From Octopus bimaculoides (Eukaryota): a stretch of DNA of 64,000 nt. Under the pieces are notes generated by a model. The model saw only the letters and a program-made list of their open reading frames with translations, ran no database searches and had not been told where the DNA came from. The stretch spans positions 27,896,985 to 27,960,984 of the forward strand of contig NC_068983.1 of assembly GCF_001194135.2 (NCBI RefSeq), in the 5' to 3' direction. Both the position numbers and the translations under genes were made by a program. Below, piece after piece: positions 25,197-37,497 of the stretch (position 1 is the first letter of the stretch; each line of letters starts with the position of its first letter).

Positions 25197-26323
25197 TCTT
25201 GCAAAACGAATTGTCTATGCATTAATCAACCTGTTTGATGCATATTCTAATATTTTACTGTTGTTATTTTAATTAATTATTATTTAGCTCCTTGCCATAT
25301 GTTATCCAGCAAAACTATGATTAAAGGTACAGAGCTGTGAGCATCCAGTCTATTATTTTTATATATAGTATATCTAGACAACGTTATGCCAGTATATTTT
25401 TCCTATTTCTAAAACAGAAAATTGTTAAATGACAGATTTTTACAACTGTTTCTAGCAAATCGAGCTGTCAGGTTGAGGCTCCTTCGTTTGTATGTGATGT
25501 GTGAATATAATTATGTAATTTTCATGATCTTCTCAGTGGTATTAGACACACGAGTGAAGTGAAATGATTGCAGCTAAGAACTTAAACCAAATCGAGGTGA
25601 TAAACTACAGAAAACTTACTTCTATCTGCTAAATATGTAATTAAATGACAGAGATATCCTAAAACGAACTGGAAACTGGTTGGTAGCTTACAGCAACAAG
25701 ATCAAAGACTTACTTAAGAATATATATTTCTGAAAAATCATTCACTGAAATAGCGTTTATTAGAATTTGTATTCGTACGACTAATGTACGTATATTTCAA
25801 AATCGGCAGTTATGGTGTTGTAAACAGCCCTTTTCATTGCGCAGTGTCATGTTAGCCAAAGTACTTCTCCTTTTTTATCTGTATCGGTTAAGCTACATAT
25901 TGCTATAGATTCGCACATTGCAGTTGATGCATCTTACCGTTGTAAGCTATGGAAAGCACTGATTAATCTAGGCTTTGTTTCCCTATCTCTTGTACTACTA
26001 AATTGAAATCTTCCTATGAATTTCGAGAATGTGACGACTTTTATTTTGTTTGTTCGTTTGTTTTGTTTTGTTTTTTGTTTTGTTTTTTCTCACAAGTATA
26101 TTTTTCAGTGGAACTCCTATAGAATTTGCCTGCAATCGAAAACCACTGCTAGGTTGAGATCTTGTGTTATTTGGTTCACTCAAGAAGAAATTTCAGGTCG
26201 AATGAAAAATGAAAGTAAGCCACAATGGAAAAATTCGTCAATGAGAAATCGCCACATGAGGTCGTTCATGTACGTTGAATGAACTAGAATCACTTCTCCA
26301 TCTATTTCATAAACATAAACATT

Positions 26324-26750
26324 TAGGCGCAGGAGTGGCTGTTTGGCACCTTGGGCAAGTGTCTTCTACTATAGCCTCGGGCCGACCAGAGCCTTGTGAG
26401 TGGATTTAGTAGACGGAAACTGAAAGAAGCCCGTCGTATATATGTATATATATATGCGTATGTATATGTATATGTTTGTGTGTCTGTGTTTGTCCCCCTA
26501 ACATCGTTTGACAACCGATGGTGGTATGTTTACATCCCCGTAACTTAGCGGTTCGGCAAAAGAGACCGATAGAGTAAGTACTAGGCTTACAAAGAATAAG
26601 TCTTCGGGTCGATTTGCTCGACNNNNNNNNNNAAGTACTAGGCTTACAAAGAATAAGTCTTCGGGTCGATTTGCTCGACTAAAGGCGGTGTTCCAGCAGG
26701 GCCGCAGTCAAATGACTGAAACAAGTAAAAGAGTAAAAGAGAGTAAAGAG
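26324..26750 (+). mobile_element. SINE family B (CORE-like CCTTGGGCAAGTG domain), head internally deleted
   Basis: Homologous to 48613-48880 (-), 58225-58590 (-) and 42985-43400 (+); tail GGCGGTG...GACTGAAAC(AAGTAAAAG)n. The 10-N gap has duplicated flanks. Confidence 0.85.
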
Positions 26751-27390
26751 TATATGTGTGTGTGTGTGAGTGTGTGTGTGTGTGTGTGCGCGCGTGCATG
26801 TGTGTGTACATGTATGTATGTATGTATGTATGTATGTATGTATGTATGCATGTATGCATGTATGTATATAAGAAGTAGTGTAAAATACAGATTCAGAGAA
26901 TCGTGCAGCTATAACAGTCAGCTGCTCGTACAGTCTGGGCTATCAGACCACTTCGTAATTGATTACGAAGTAGTGTAATGCAAGATATCCGCGTAGAGAT
27001 AAACTATTGATGTAACCCAAATATTTTGGTGATCTGATGTGCTAACATATTTTCTTTGCTTTATTTTTTTAATACACAATTGTTTTGTTCAATGAACAAT
27101 ATTATAACAAATGCGGGGAGGAGAAAATGGAATTCACGAGATTCTTTATTAAACAAAACGATCGTTTCGACCCATCTTGCATCGAACTCTCGCAAGACAT
27201 ATCTACAGTGACCGATGCACCACAATCAGTTGTCTAGAATCTTACACACAAGAGGCTGATGCAAGCGAGGTTGAAATGGTCGTTGTGATTAATAAAGAAC
27301 CTTGTGAATTGATTCTATATTTTCTTTCTCTCATTTGTCATATATATATATAGATAAATAGATAGATAGATAGATAGATAGATACATACA

Positions 27391-27422
<32 letters not shown>

Positions 27423-29146
27423 AGTATGTATGTATGTATATATATATATATATATATACATACATACATGCATACATATACACATATGTCCATATATATA
27501 TATTTATATATANNNNNNNNNNNNNNNNNNNNNNNNNNNNNNNNNNNNNNNNNNNNNNNNNNNNNNNNNNNNNNNNNNNNNNNNNNNNNNNNNNNNNNNN
27601 NNNNNNNNNNNNNNNNNNNNNNATATATATATACATGCATATATACATATGTATATATATGTATGTATGTATGTATGTATACCTGTATGTATGCATGCAT
27701 GTATGTACACTAATCTTTGTTTTTTACTCAATACTTTTTAGTAAAGTACATGTTCGTTAAACTTTAACAAGATGAGAGTAGAGCTATATAAAATGGTAAT
27801 TAAGCTTGGTGTAAGTACGATTGGGGAGTAGATGTATTGGAAGGAATATAGAAGAAAGTATGTGAGCAACGTATTTGTTGATAGAAAGTTATTGCTGGGT
27901 GATTTTGTTTGGTTTGAAGTGAGAATTGTGGTATTGTCTAGAATTCAGTCAGGCAACAAAATAGTTATATGCAGAGGTGTATAGAAGTTAGATGTGTCAG
28001 ATTCAAATCATGAGATTCTTTGTATAGAAAGTTGTTGATTATAATGTTTCAAGGCTCACAAAAGAATGTTTGTATATGTATTAATTGGTTAACCAGCATA
28101 TGTCTGTCTGCGATTGGATCGCTGTTCATGTAATTTAATTTCTATTCAGAAATTTCAAACTGTATAATTTGGAAAGGTAAGAAGTGAAAGACTACATTGC
28201 TATAAGTATTCACTGAGGTTTTCTACTTGGTTTTCAGTATGGTTATTTGTGTTTTTATTATATCATTTAAGACAAATGCATACACGTAAACTTTGGATGT
28301 CATACATAAATCCACATATACACACACACAAACACACACACACAAACACACACACACACAAACACATACACATATATTTGTACGTACGCAAACACTCATA
28401 TGTATGCGAAATTGTGCATGCACATTCAGTTAATTCCGACTTTGTGTATGAATATAGAATAACTCAAAACATTCATATACATTTTCTTATACATAAATAT
28501 ACACATAAGGATGTATACATAGACCTATAAGTACATATATNNNNNNNNNNNNNNNNNNNNNNNNNNNNNNNNNNNNNNNNNNNNNNNNNNNNNNNNNNNN
28601 NNNNNNNNNNNNNNNNNNNNNNNNNNNNNNNNNNNNNNNNNNNNNNNNNNNNNNNNNNNNNNNNNNNNNNNNNNNNNNNNNNNNNNNNNNNNNNNNNNNN
28701 NNNNNNNNNNNNNNNNNNNNNNNNNNNNNNNNNNNNNNNNNNNNNNNNNNNNNNNNNNNNNNNNNNNNNNNNNNNNNNNNNNNNNNNNNNNNNNNNNNNN
28801 NNNNNNNNNNNNNNNNNNNNNNNNNNNNNNNNNNNNNNNNNNNNNNNNNNNNNNNNNNNNNNNNNNNNNNNNNNNNNNNNNNNNNNNNNNNNNNNNNNNN
28901 NNNNNNNNNNNNNNNNNNNNNNNNNNNNNNNNNNNNNNNNNNNNNNNNNNNNNNNNNNNNNNNNNNNNNNNNNNNNNNNNNNNNNNNNNNNNNNNNNNNN
29001 NNNNNNNNNNNNNNNNNNNNNNNNNNNNNNNNNNNNNNNNNNNNNNNNNNNNNNNNNNNNNNNNNNNNNNNNNNNNNNNNNNNNNNNNNNNNNNNNNNNN
29101 NNNNNNNNNNNNNNNNNNNNNNNNNNNNNNNNNNNNNNNNNNNNNN

Positions 29147-29206
<60 letters not shown>

Positions 29207-29594
29207 CTGTTTGATGGCGACAAGTAAGCTGCAACTTCGAAGTTACTTACTACCAACTCTTTCTTTGTAAGAATAAATAAATAGGGTACATATGGTATTT
29301 TACTGAAAAATAGACAGACAGACAGGCTGACAGGCGTACAGACAGACACACATAAATAGGATGTACCATAGCGTGACTAGTGATCACGGTTGGACTCACG
29401 ACAGAGAATTCGAGGTTTCGATTCCAAGAACTCGCTGTATACTTTATTCTTGAGCAAGAGACTTCATTTCACTTTGATCTACGTGATCGCCACATAAACC
29501 TACATTATACCATAGTTATTGCTGTTGTTCTGATGTCTTATTTTCTCCAACCAAATATAGTCCTACTGAACCATACACATTATAAGGCGTTTGA

Positions 29595-30260
29595 AAGCAG
29601 CGAGCTGGCAGAGTCGTTACCACGCTGGATAAAACACTTAGTGGTATTTCGCCCATCTTTATGTTCTGTGTTCAAATTCCGCCGAGATTGACTTTACACT
29701 TTATCGTTTCGAGGTCGATAAAATAAGTACCAGTTGAACACTGGGGTCTATGTAATCGATTTACTCCCTTCTCAGAATTTGCTGACCTTAAACCAAAAAT
29801 TTGAAATTATATAAAGCGTTTGAAGGAAGCGAGCTGGCAGAATCGTAGCCATGCTGAAGGCGGAGAGCTTAGCGGTATTTCGTCTGCCGTTACATTCTGA
29901 GTTCAAATTCCGCCGAGGTCGACTTTGCCTTTCATCCTTTCGGGGTTGATAAATTACTTAATTTATCGACCAGTTAGGCACTGGGGTCGATGTAATTGAC
30001 TTAATCCCTTTGTCTGTCCTTGTTTGTCCCCTCTATGTTTAGCCCCTTGTGGGCATTAAAGAAATAAGAATCGTTGCCATGCTGGACAAAATACTTAGCG
30101 GTATTTCGTCTATCTTTTACATTCTAAGTTCCAATTCCGTTCAGGTCAACTTTACCTTTCTTCCTTTCGCAATCGATCAAATAAGTATCAGTCGAACACT
30201 GAAATTGACTAGCCGTGGACTCCAGAATTTCAGGTTTTGTGCCTATAGTAGAAAGGATCA
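29595..30260 (+). mobile_element. Cluster of three SINE C units (short, long, re-started short)
   Basis: Cores at about 29595-29810, 29822-30067 and 30068-30260; second junction is GAAATAA|GAATCGTT. Confidence 0.85.
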
Positions 30261-30860
30261 TCATAAAAACCGTTCCTGCCGTGACCATACCGCTCTTTTA
30301 TTACAAAGAACATTACTTCTACAACTACATTATCTAACATGTAATGTGCTTCAATTTCTTTATTAATTCTTTCTTTATTTATTAATAGGTTATAGAACGG
30401 ACTGGTTGTAATTTAGGCATTATTTTCTCGCGGGTAGAAAATTATGTAATATATTTCCCCTTTGACTCGAATATTGCATAAACGGTGCAGTTGGCCGTAC
30501 ATCAGTCTAAGAATCACGATATGTCTCGCTACTCAATATGCACATTTTGATGAGTGCATTCATAAAACAAAAAAGAGATAATAAAATGAAATTCAAATAT
30601 AATTTCAAACACTCCAGACGTTATAAACGATCTTCATCAGTAATTATAATCGCGAGAATCTAGTGTAATTCGATTTTCAAAATGAATCTTAAAAATTAAA
30701 ATTCCATGACTTTGTGCGTATGTTTTATTTTGTTTTAGATCTTTTTTTTTTTTTAGAATTATTTCATTTCATCAATTTTCTGAAGTTTATAGATGTAATT
30801 CATGTTCTCTGCACTACATGACAACGCTCTCCCCCTTCCCCTATACACTGTCAGTGTAAC

Positions 30861-30892
<32 letters not shown>

Positions 30893-30905
30893 GCATGTAT
30901 GTATG

Positions 30906-30938
<33 letters not shown>

Positions 30939-31559
30939 NNNNNNNNNNNNNNNNNNNNNNNNNNNNNNNNNNNNNNNNNNNNNNNNNNNNNNNNNNNNNN
31001 NNNNNNNNNNNNNNNNNNNNNNNNNNNNNNNNNNNNNNNNNNNNNNNNNNNNNNNNNNNNNNNNNNNNNNNNNNNNNNNNNNNNNNNNNNNNNNNNNNNN
31101 NNNNNNNNNNNNNNNNNNNNNNNNNNNNNNNNNNNNNNNNNNNNNNNNNNNNNNNNNNNNNNNNNNNNNNNNNNNNNNNNNNNNNNNNNNNNNNNNNNNN
31201 NNNNNNNNNNNNNNNNNNNNNNNNNNNNNNNNNNNNNNNNNNNNNNNNNNNNNNNNNNNNNNNNNNNNNNNNNNNNNNNNNNNNNNNNNNNNNNNNNNNN
31301 NNNNNNNNNNNNNNNNNNNNNNNNNNNNNNNNNNNNNNNNNNNNNNNNNNNNNNNNNNNNNNNNNNNNNNNNNNNNNNNNNNNNNNNNNNNNNNNNNNNN
31401 NNNNNNNNNNNNNNNNNNNNNNNNNNNNNNNNNNNNNNNNNNNNNNNNNNNNNNNNNNNNNNNNNNNNNNNNNNNNNNNNNNNNNNNNNNNNNNNNNNNN
31501 NNNNNNNNNNNNNNNNNNNNNNNNNNNNNNNNNNNNNNNNNNNNNNNNNNNNNNNNNNN

Positions 31560-31613
<54 letters not shown>

Positions 31614-31988
31614 CCCCGCATAACCACACATATATATATACACTCATACTCACAAACACACAAACACACACACACACACACACATGTGTGTGTGTGTTTG
31701 TCAGTGTGTGTGTGTGTATGAGTATTTATGTATATGTATATACATATATTGTATGTGTGTTTATATATATATAAATGTATATGACACTTTCCTATGATTA
31801 CATACTATGATTACTTTTTGAATTTATGCAGGTATGTGTTTGATGCTTTGTCTGACTTCTTGTCTCTTTCCATCTGAGCTTATGTCTAAACAAACGACAT
31901 ATACGTGTGAACTAAACGTACGTGGATATTACATCTGTGAGTGTGTCTCTGAGTGTTTGTGTGTATATATATCTATGTGTCTCTCCCC

Positions 31989-32024
<36 letters not shown>

Positions 32025-32104
32025 GAACTAGAATCATTTCTCCATCTAGTTCATATACATAAAGATGTGTGTGTGTGTTTGTGTGTGTGTTTGTGTATGT
32101 GTGT

Positions 32105-32157
<53 letters not shown>

Positions 32158-32293
32158 NNNNNNNNNNNNNNNNNNNNNNNNNNNNNNNNNNNNNNNNNNN
32201 NNNNNNNNNNNNNNNNNNNNNNNNNNNNNNNNNNNNNNNNNNNNNNNNNNNNNNNNNNNNNNNNNNNNNNNNNNNNNNNNNNNNNNNNNNNNN

Positions 32294-32354
<61 letters not shown>

Positions 32355-32513
32355 ATGTATGTGTGTGTGAATGAATGAACTTTTGTCTGCAAGCGAGAAA
32401 TAAGTGTGGCCAGTACAGTAACGACTTCAGTTAGACACACCCACGCACACACACACACACACACACATACACACACACACACTCTCTCTCTCTCACTCAC
32501 ACAGAAATACACA

Positions 32514-32580
<67 letters not shown>

Positions 32581-33160
32581 CTCGATAGCAATATGGATAA
32601 AAGGATAGATAAACTCTAAATGGCCAGACATTGTAAGTCGAAGGCTCACGGACTGGATCCTTATACAGAAATTTGCTAACCATATACAAACGATATTCTT
32701 TTATCTTTTGCCTTTTATTCGTATCAGCCATTTGACTGCGGCCACCTTGGGACAATACTTGAAGTGTTTAGTCTAACAAATCTGTACCCAGTACTAACAC
32801 CAGTTGTCACTCAGTGATGGGGAAACACACACGCACAAAGACACTCACACATACGTACATACATACATACACACATACATACATATATACATACATACAT
32901 ACACCAATGTTGAGAAACTAAGCTTCTCAAAACCAGGAAGGAGGAAGCTGGTTCGGAGACTACAGATCCAAGCCATTACTGAAACTAAAAGTCTGTAAAA
33001 CTTTCCAGAAGTTTATCATTTAAGTATGTATGAGCATGTCTAGATATGCAAATATATGCATGAGAAGACAAACATGAAACAAACCATACAAATCTGCACC
33101 TATACATACAAACATACATACATATATACATACACACATACAAACATACAAACATACATA

Positions 33161-33390
33161 CAAGGTCTGATCAATATGTATCCGGATTGTTGCCATAGTA
33201 ACGAAACTAAAGCACGCAGAGTGAAGTCACTTGGCAAAAATTGACCTTGAACTCTGCCGTACATGCACTCTAAGTTTTAACGTTCTAACTCACACGCTAC
33301 ACATGTTCCTTCCAAGCAATGCTGTAAACAGCGGAAGTGAGCTAGAACGTTAAAAACTTAGTGCGCATGCATAGCAGAGCTGAAGGTCTT
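33161..33390 (+). mobile_element. mariner left-end derivative with an internal fold-back
   Basis: Same TIR family as 23768; 33243-33293 and 33337-33388 are inverted copies of each other. Confidence 0.8.
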
Positions 33391-34080
33391 ATACAGCTTT
33401 ATTTTTGGATGGGGTATTGTGTTTCTTTTCCTTTTACGCAAACTGTCAAATTTATCCCGAACACTCTATAGTTATCAAAATCGTGCAGTAAAAACTATTA
33501 TTCAACCACTGTAATCTCTGCACAAAAATATGAAAATTTGTGTATTGTCTTCATAAATCTTGTCCCACGAATGCATCAAGGAAAATAGAAAGACCGATGT
33601 CCGGTGTACATTTTGAGTGATATCATATGTCTGGTCGCGCTACTTGCACGGATTTCTGTAACTCTCTGTCGCCACCAAATTCCCGTATTCGTATTTGAAT
33701 TGAAAGCTCGAGTCAAAATGAACCTTTCATGAGCTGGAAACACAACTATGGACGCCTTTCCCATGCAGTTATTCTCATTATAGGGCTTGATGATCCTGAC
33801 CGTTGATTTAGGATTCTTCTGCTCAGCATTAATATAAGAAGTACCGTTGGCTCAGTTGGACTCTTCCGCTGCCTCTTCACAATCCACCATGCTGCAGTCC
33901 CATGATTACGCCTTCTCCCTAGCAGGGTGGCTGAACGGCAGCTATACCTTGCCAAAGGGCCGCTCGTAACTGTGCAGAGCACAGTCGTTATTCTGTGAGC
34001 TATTTCCATAACAGCCGCCTGCCCTAGATATATTCTGCTGGGTTGCAAACGTGCGAGTTTTCAGGTGAGTAACTATTTAC

Positions 34081-34180
34081 ATGGGGCATATGGTGTAGTG
34101 GTTAAGAGCGCGGGCTACTAACCCCAAGATTCCGAGTTCGATTTCAAGCAGTGACCTGAACAATAATAATAATAATAATC

Positions 34181-34225
<45 letters not shown>

Positions 34226-34390
34226 TCAACAACATCGAAGAATACCTTAGGAATGAGAACCCAGATTCGAAATTTCCCCAAGACACCTGATGAAGGCTGG
34301 AGGGTATATCAGCCAAAACGTTGTGTTAACAACAAACAAGATGAGGACAAATATCCGTCGAATGTAAATAATCTTAATAATGTAAATAAT
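34081..34390 (+). mobile_element. tRNA-headed, hammerhead-containing SINE-like unit (Penelope pLTR-related)
   Basis: tRNA-like head 34083-34156 (A box TGGTGTAGTGG, B box GTTCGATT), (AAT)n, hammerhead core, (AATGTAAAT)n tail; 12-bp TSD GTAACTATTTAC at 34069-34080 and 34391-34402. Confidence 0.85.
34281..34327 (+). ncRNA. Minimal type-I hammerhead ribozyme motif (this copy has G12>A)
   Basis: GACAC-CTGATGA-A-GGCTG-loop-CAGCC-[A]AAAC-GTT-GTGTT; stem I GACAC/GTGTT, stem II GGCTG/CAGCC, palindromic stem III ACGT. Confidence 0.75.
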
Positions 34391-34821
34391 GTAACTATTT
34401 ACCTGTTCTTCACTCGTTTTTGTGGGTGCTCTAGAATGATGCTAAACACAAGATGAACAGAGGCTATGCGACGCAGGTTCGATTTCCAACAGAGCCGAGT
34501 TTCATAACACTTTATTTTCGTATGCACGATTTTACGGTTGTATTTAACAACCCGAATAAGAACGAGATTCATTCTAACAGACTTTCAATCGATATGACAA
34601 AGAATAAATCTTCCGTTGTGATTACTCCACACATTAAACGTAATAGGATATTTTCATTCCATTTGCAACTCAATAATGACATTACTGTTTATTGTAACTT
34701 CACAGTGTCTTCTCACAGCTAATTAGGATGCTAATTAGAATGTAAATATTCATTACGTTCGGATGTGGGTACGTGGGGGTTTACGTGTGTGTAGGCGGGT
34801 GCGGCATGGAGTTCGTGTGTG

Positions 34822-34854
<33 letters not shown>

Positions 34855-36437
34855 AACGACGTGAGATTAAATTCTTTTGGAGTATTTCAAAGAAATATTT
34901 ACTGCATTTAAATTAATTTTTAAATATTCATTGAATTGGGTGCTGATTTGGAAATTGATGGGAAAATATTTATCAAGTTGTTGTGTTTCCCAGTATCGCA
35001 TGGGAAATGAATTATTCTTAGTAACCATATGGAAATAAGATCAAGTCATAGGCGGTCGATGATGTACGTTTAATGGTGGCTGCCCTTCTGTTTAATGAAC
35101 GTTACTTGACATGTTATAAGCGCTCATACATGCTATCTGTCTGTCTGTCTCTCTCTCTTTCTCTCACACATCTACACACACACCCACACACATATACATA
35201 CATATCAACGTTAACGTAGACATGCACATGCACACACACTCACGCACAAAAACACATTTACATACAAGACCCTACACATACACGCCCATACACACACAAC
35301 TTTGATACAAACAAGTACATACGTATACGTTCACACATACACATACACACGTTCATACAAACATAACCACATGCACAGATAGACACACATACATACACAC
35401 TCACACAAAATGCCACACACACCAAAACTGGCTAATACATGCATACACGCGCGCGCACATGAAGTTAGCGTCCGGGTCGGATGCACTCGCCATTGTAGTA
35501 TAGCCGTAGTTGGACCCATATTCTCTATACAAACTGAAACAAGGTGAAATCAAGCACAGAGTTCTGTTCAGAACACACAATGGAATGCTACAATTGGATT
35601 AAACTAATAATTCATGGGCCTAAGAATGAACTTTTACCCAGTCACTGTTAGAAATAACATTCGAATCTTCCTCTGATCACACCTTAGCATCGTAAAAGAA
35701 AAATGAAGAACCGACTGGATAATGTGGTCCGAGATGCACGAGGTAGATAATGATTGGAATATTTTGACCACAGGAGGATTGATTCACAAGGCATTGATGG
35801 GATCGGGGTTGTAGCTAGTGACATTTACCCAGGGTGGTGCGCAATGAAATTTAATTCTCGGAATCACGTGAATGGGAAGCGTACTTCTTGACCGACAACC
35901 GTGCGAACGCATGTGATTTCTTTTCTTTTTTCCTCTATTTAATTAAGGTGGGGTGGTCAGCGCCCGTGACTCTTTATCATTTACTAGTGTTTTGTGACTA
36001 TTGATTGAAAGAAGGGTGTTCTTCAGAGTAGAGACTTAGTTCAAATGCTCGCAACAGAGTGAACTCTACTATTGAGACCGTAGACCAACCATACAGCAGG
36101 GGGAAATCTGACTCTGGATTAAATCTATCACTAAAGAGCTACAACAACAGAGAGCCGGAACATATATCGCAAACGCATCTTGATACCTATAACAACTATG
36201 AATTAAACAATACACGAGTGTGAGTACAAACTAAAAGTTGAATCTCTCGGCAAACAAGGATCGCGATGCTGCTTCGTCACAACTCCCTATTTCTATATCC
36301 TCTATATCCTTTAAGACTATAAAAGTTTTATAGTAAACAAAACAAATTTTCGTATTTTGACTACTCGTTCTATGCAAAATATATGCAATTTTTTTGTTTC
36401 CCCTATCCTTCCAAATTATTACTTAGTATTCGCTATA

Positions 36438-36875
36438 CGAAGGTGGCGAGCTGGCAGAATTGCTAGCGTGTCGGATTTTTATGTTCTGAGTTCAAATTCT
36501 GCTGAAGTTGACATTGCCCTTCATCCTTTTGTGGTCGATAAAGTAGGAACTAGTTGAGCACAGGGTCGAAAGATTCTACTCACTCAAACTCCCCAAATTG
36601 CTGGCGTTGTACCAAAATTTGAAACCAATATAAATGCAATTATTTTTGGCCCCCCGCCACCCAAACTATTACAATTATCTGTACGAAGGTGGCGACCAGG
36701 CAGAATCGCTTGCGTGTCGGATCTTTACGTCCTGGGTTCAAATTCTGCCGAGGTTGACTTTAACTTTCACCCTTTCAGGGTCAATAAAATAACTGTCAGT
36801 TGAACCCTGCGTTCGACGTAATTGATTAACCCCTTCCTTTAAATTTGTTGGCTTTGTAGAAAAATTTGAAACCAT
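36438..36875 (+). mobile_element. Two SINE C copies (short form, sharing the same head deletion)
   Basis: ACGAAGGTGGCGA(G/C)C(T/A)GGCAGAAT...GCGTGTCGGAT(T/C)TTTA at 36438 and 36681. Confidence 0.75.
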
Positions 36876-36993
36876 TGTTCCTTTACGCGGTGAGTTGGTG
36901 AAATCCTTATCTCATTGAATAGAACGCCTTACAGTGTTTTTCCCATACAATATTTACAATTGACGGATATTTGTGCTCATCTTGTTTGGTGTT

Positions 36994-37040
36994 TACCCAA
37001 CGCTTCGGCTGATATACCATCCAGCCTTCATCAGGTGTCC
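36994..37040 (-). ncRNA. Minimal hammerhead motif, second copy (GAAAC>GAAGC)
   Basis: GACAC-CTGATGA-A-GGCTG-GATGGTATAT-CAGCC-GAAGC-GTT on the minus strand. Confidence 0.7.
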
Positions 37041-37223
37041 CAGGGAAATTTCGAACCTAGGTTCTCATCTCTAAGGTATTTTTCGGTGTTGTTGTTATTA
37101 TTATTATCATTCAGGTCACTGCCTGGCTTCGAACTTGGAATCTTGGAGTTAGTAGCCCGCGCTCTTAACCATTACGCCATATGCCCGTGGACAACTGTGG
37201 AGTGAATTTTAAGGCTTATAAAT

Positions 37224-37497
37224 CTAATATTCTCCTATCCTCCTTAATACCGGTTCCCATATACTGCTCATATCTGCACTCGGTCTGCTTAGGAGGTTGT
37301 TGTGTCCTAGCATATATGCTGCTTCTTTTAGTTTTCGTATTTTCCAGTGGTGTTCTGTGTCTATTATTTTAACTTCATCCCACAGGGGGAGGTGGTCTCC
37401 ATTTTTCCATACATGATCAGCTATACCCGATTTATCAATATCTCCCCGTGTCACAGTTTTGTGATGTTCCTCTACCCTTATTTTGAGGGGGTGGCAT
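37224..37497 (-). pseudogene. Penelope GIY-YIG endonuclease C-terminal fragment
   Basis: CHPLKIRVEEHHKTVTRGDIDKSGIADHVWKNGDHLPLWDEVKIIDTEHHWKIRKLKEAAYM matches the PLE pattern L..R..EH...KS.IA.H...H...W...KI.D.E....RK..EA. Confidence 0.85.

Larger units (their letters stand above)
36935..37497 (-). mobile_element. Penelope-like element 3' end: GIY-YIG C-terminus, tRNA-like module and hammerhead pLTR
   Basis: Coding remnant 37224-37497; tRNA-like module 37113-37186; hammerhead 36994-37040; the region downstream of the stop is homologous to 34081-34390. Confidence 0.85.

Noticed and set aside
26574-26680. Tandem repeat inside SINE B
   Set aside because: The identical copies flank a 10-N gap, which indicates a contig-overlap artefact.
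30610-30645. CTGATGAAGATCG on the minus strand as another hammerhead
   Set aside because: No GAAA half and no stem I pairing.
34083-34156. Functional tRNA-Ser(ACT) gene
   Set aside because: Acceptor and T stems are poorly paired, the Ser long variable arm is missing, and ACT is not a normal eukaryotic anticodon. Treated as a SINE-type head.
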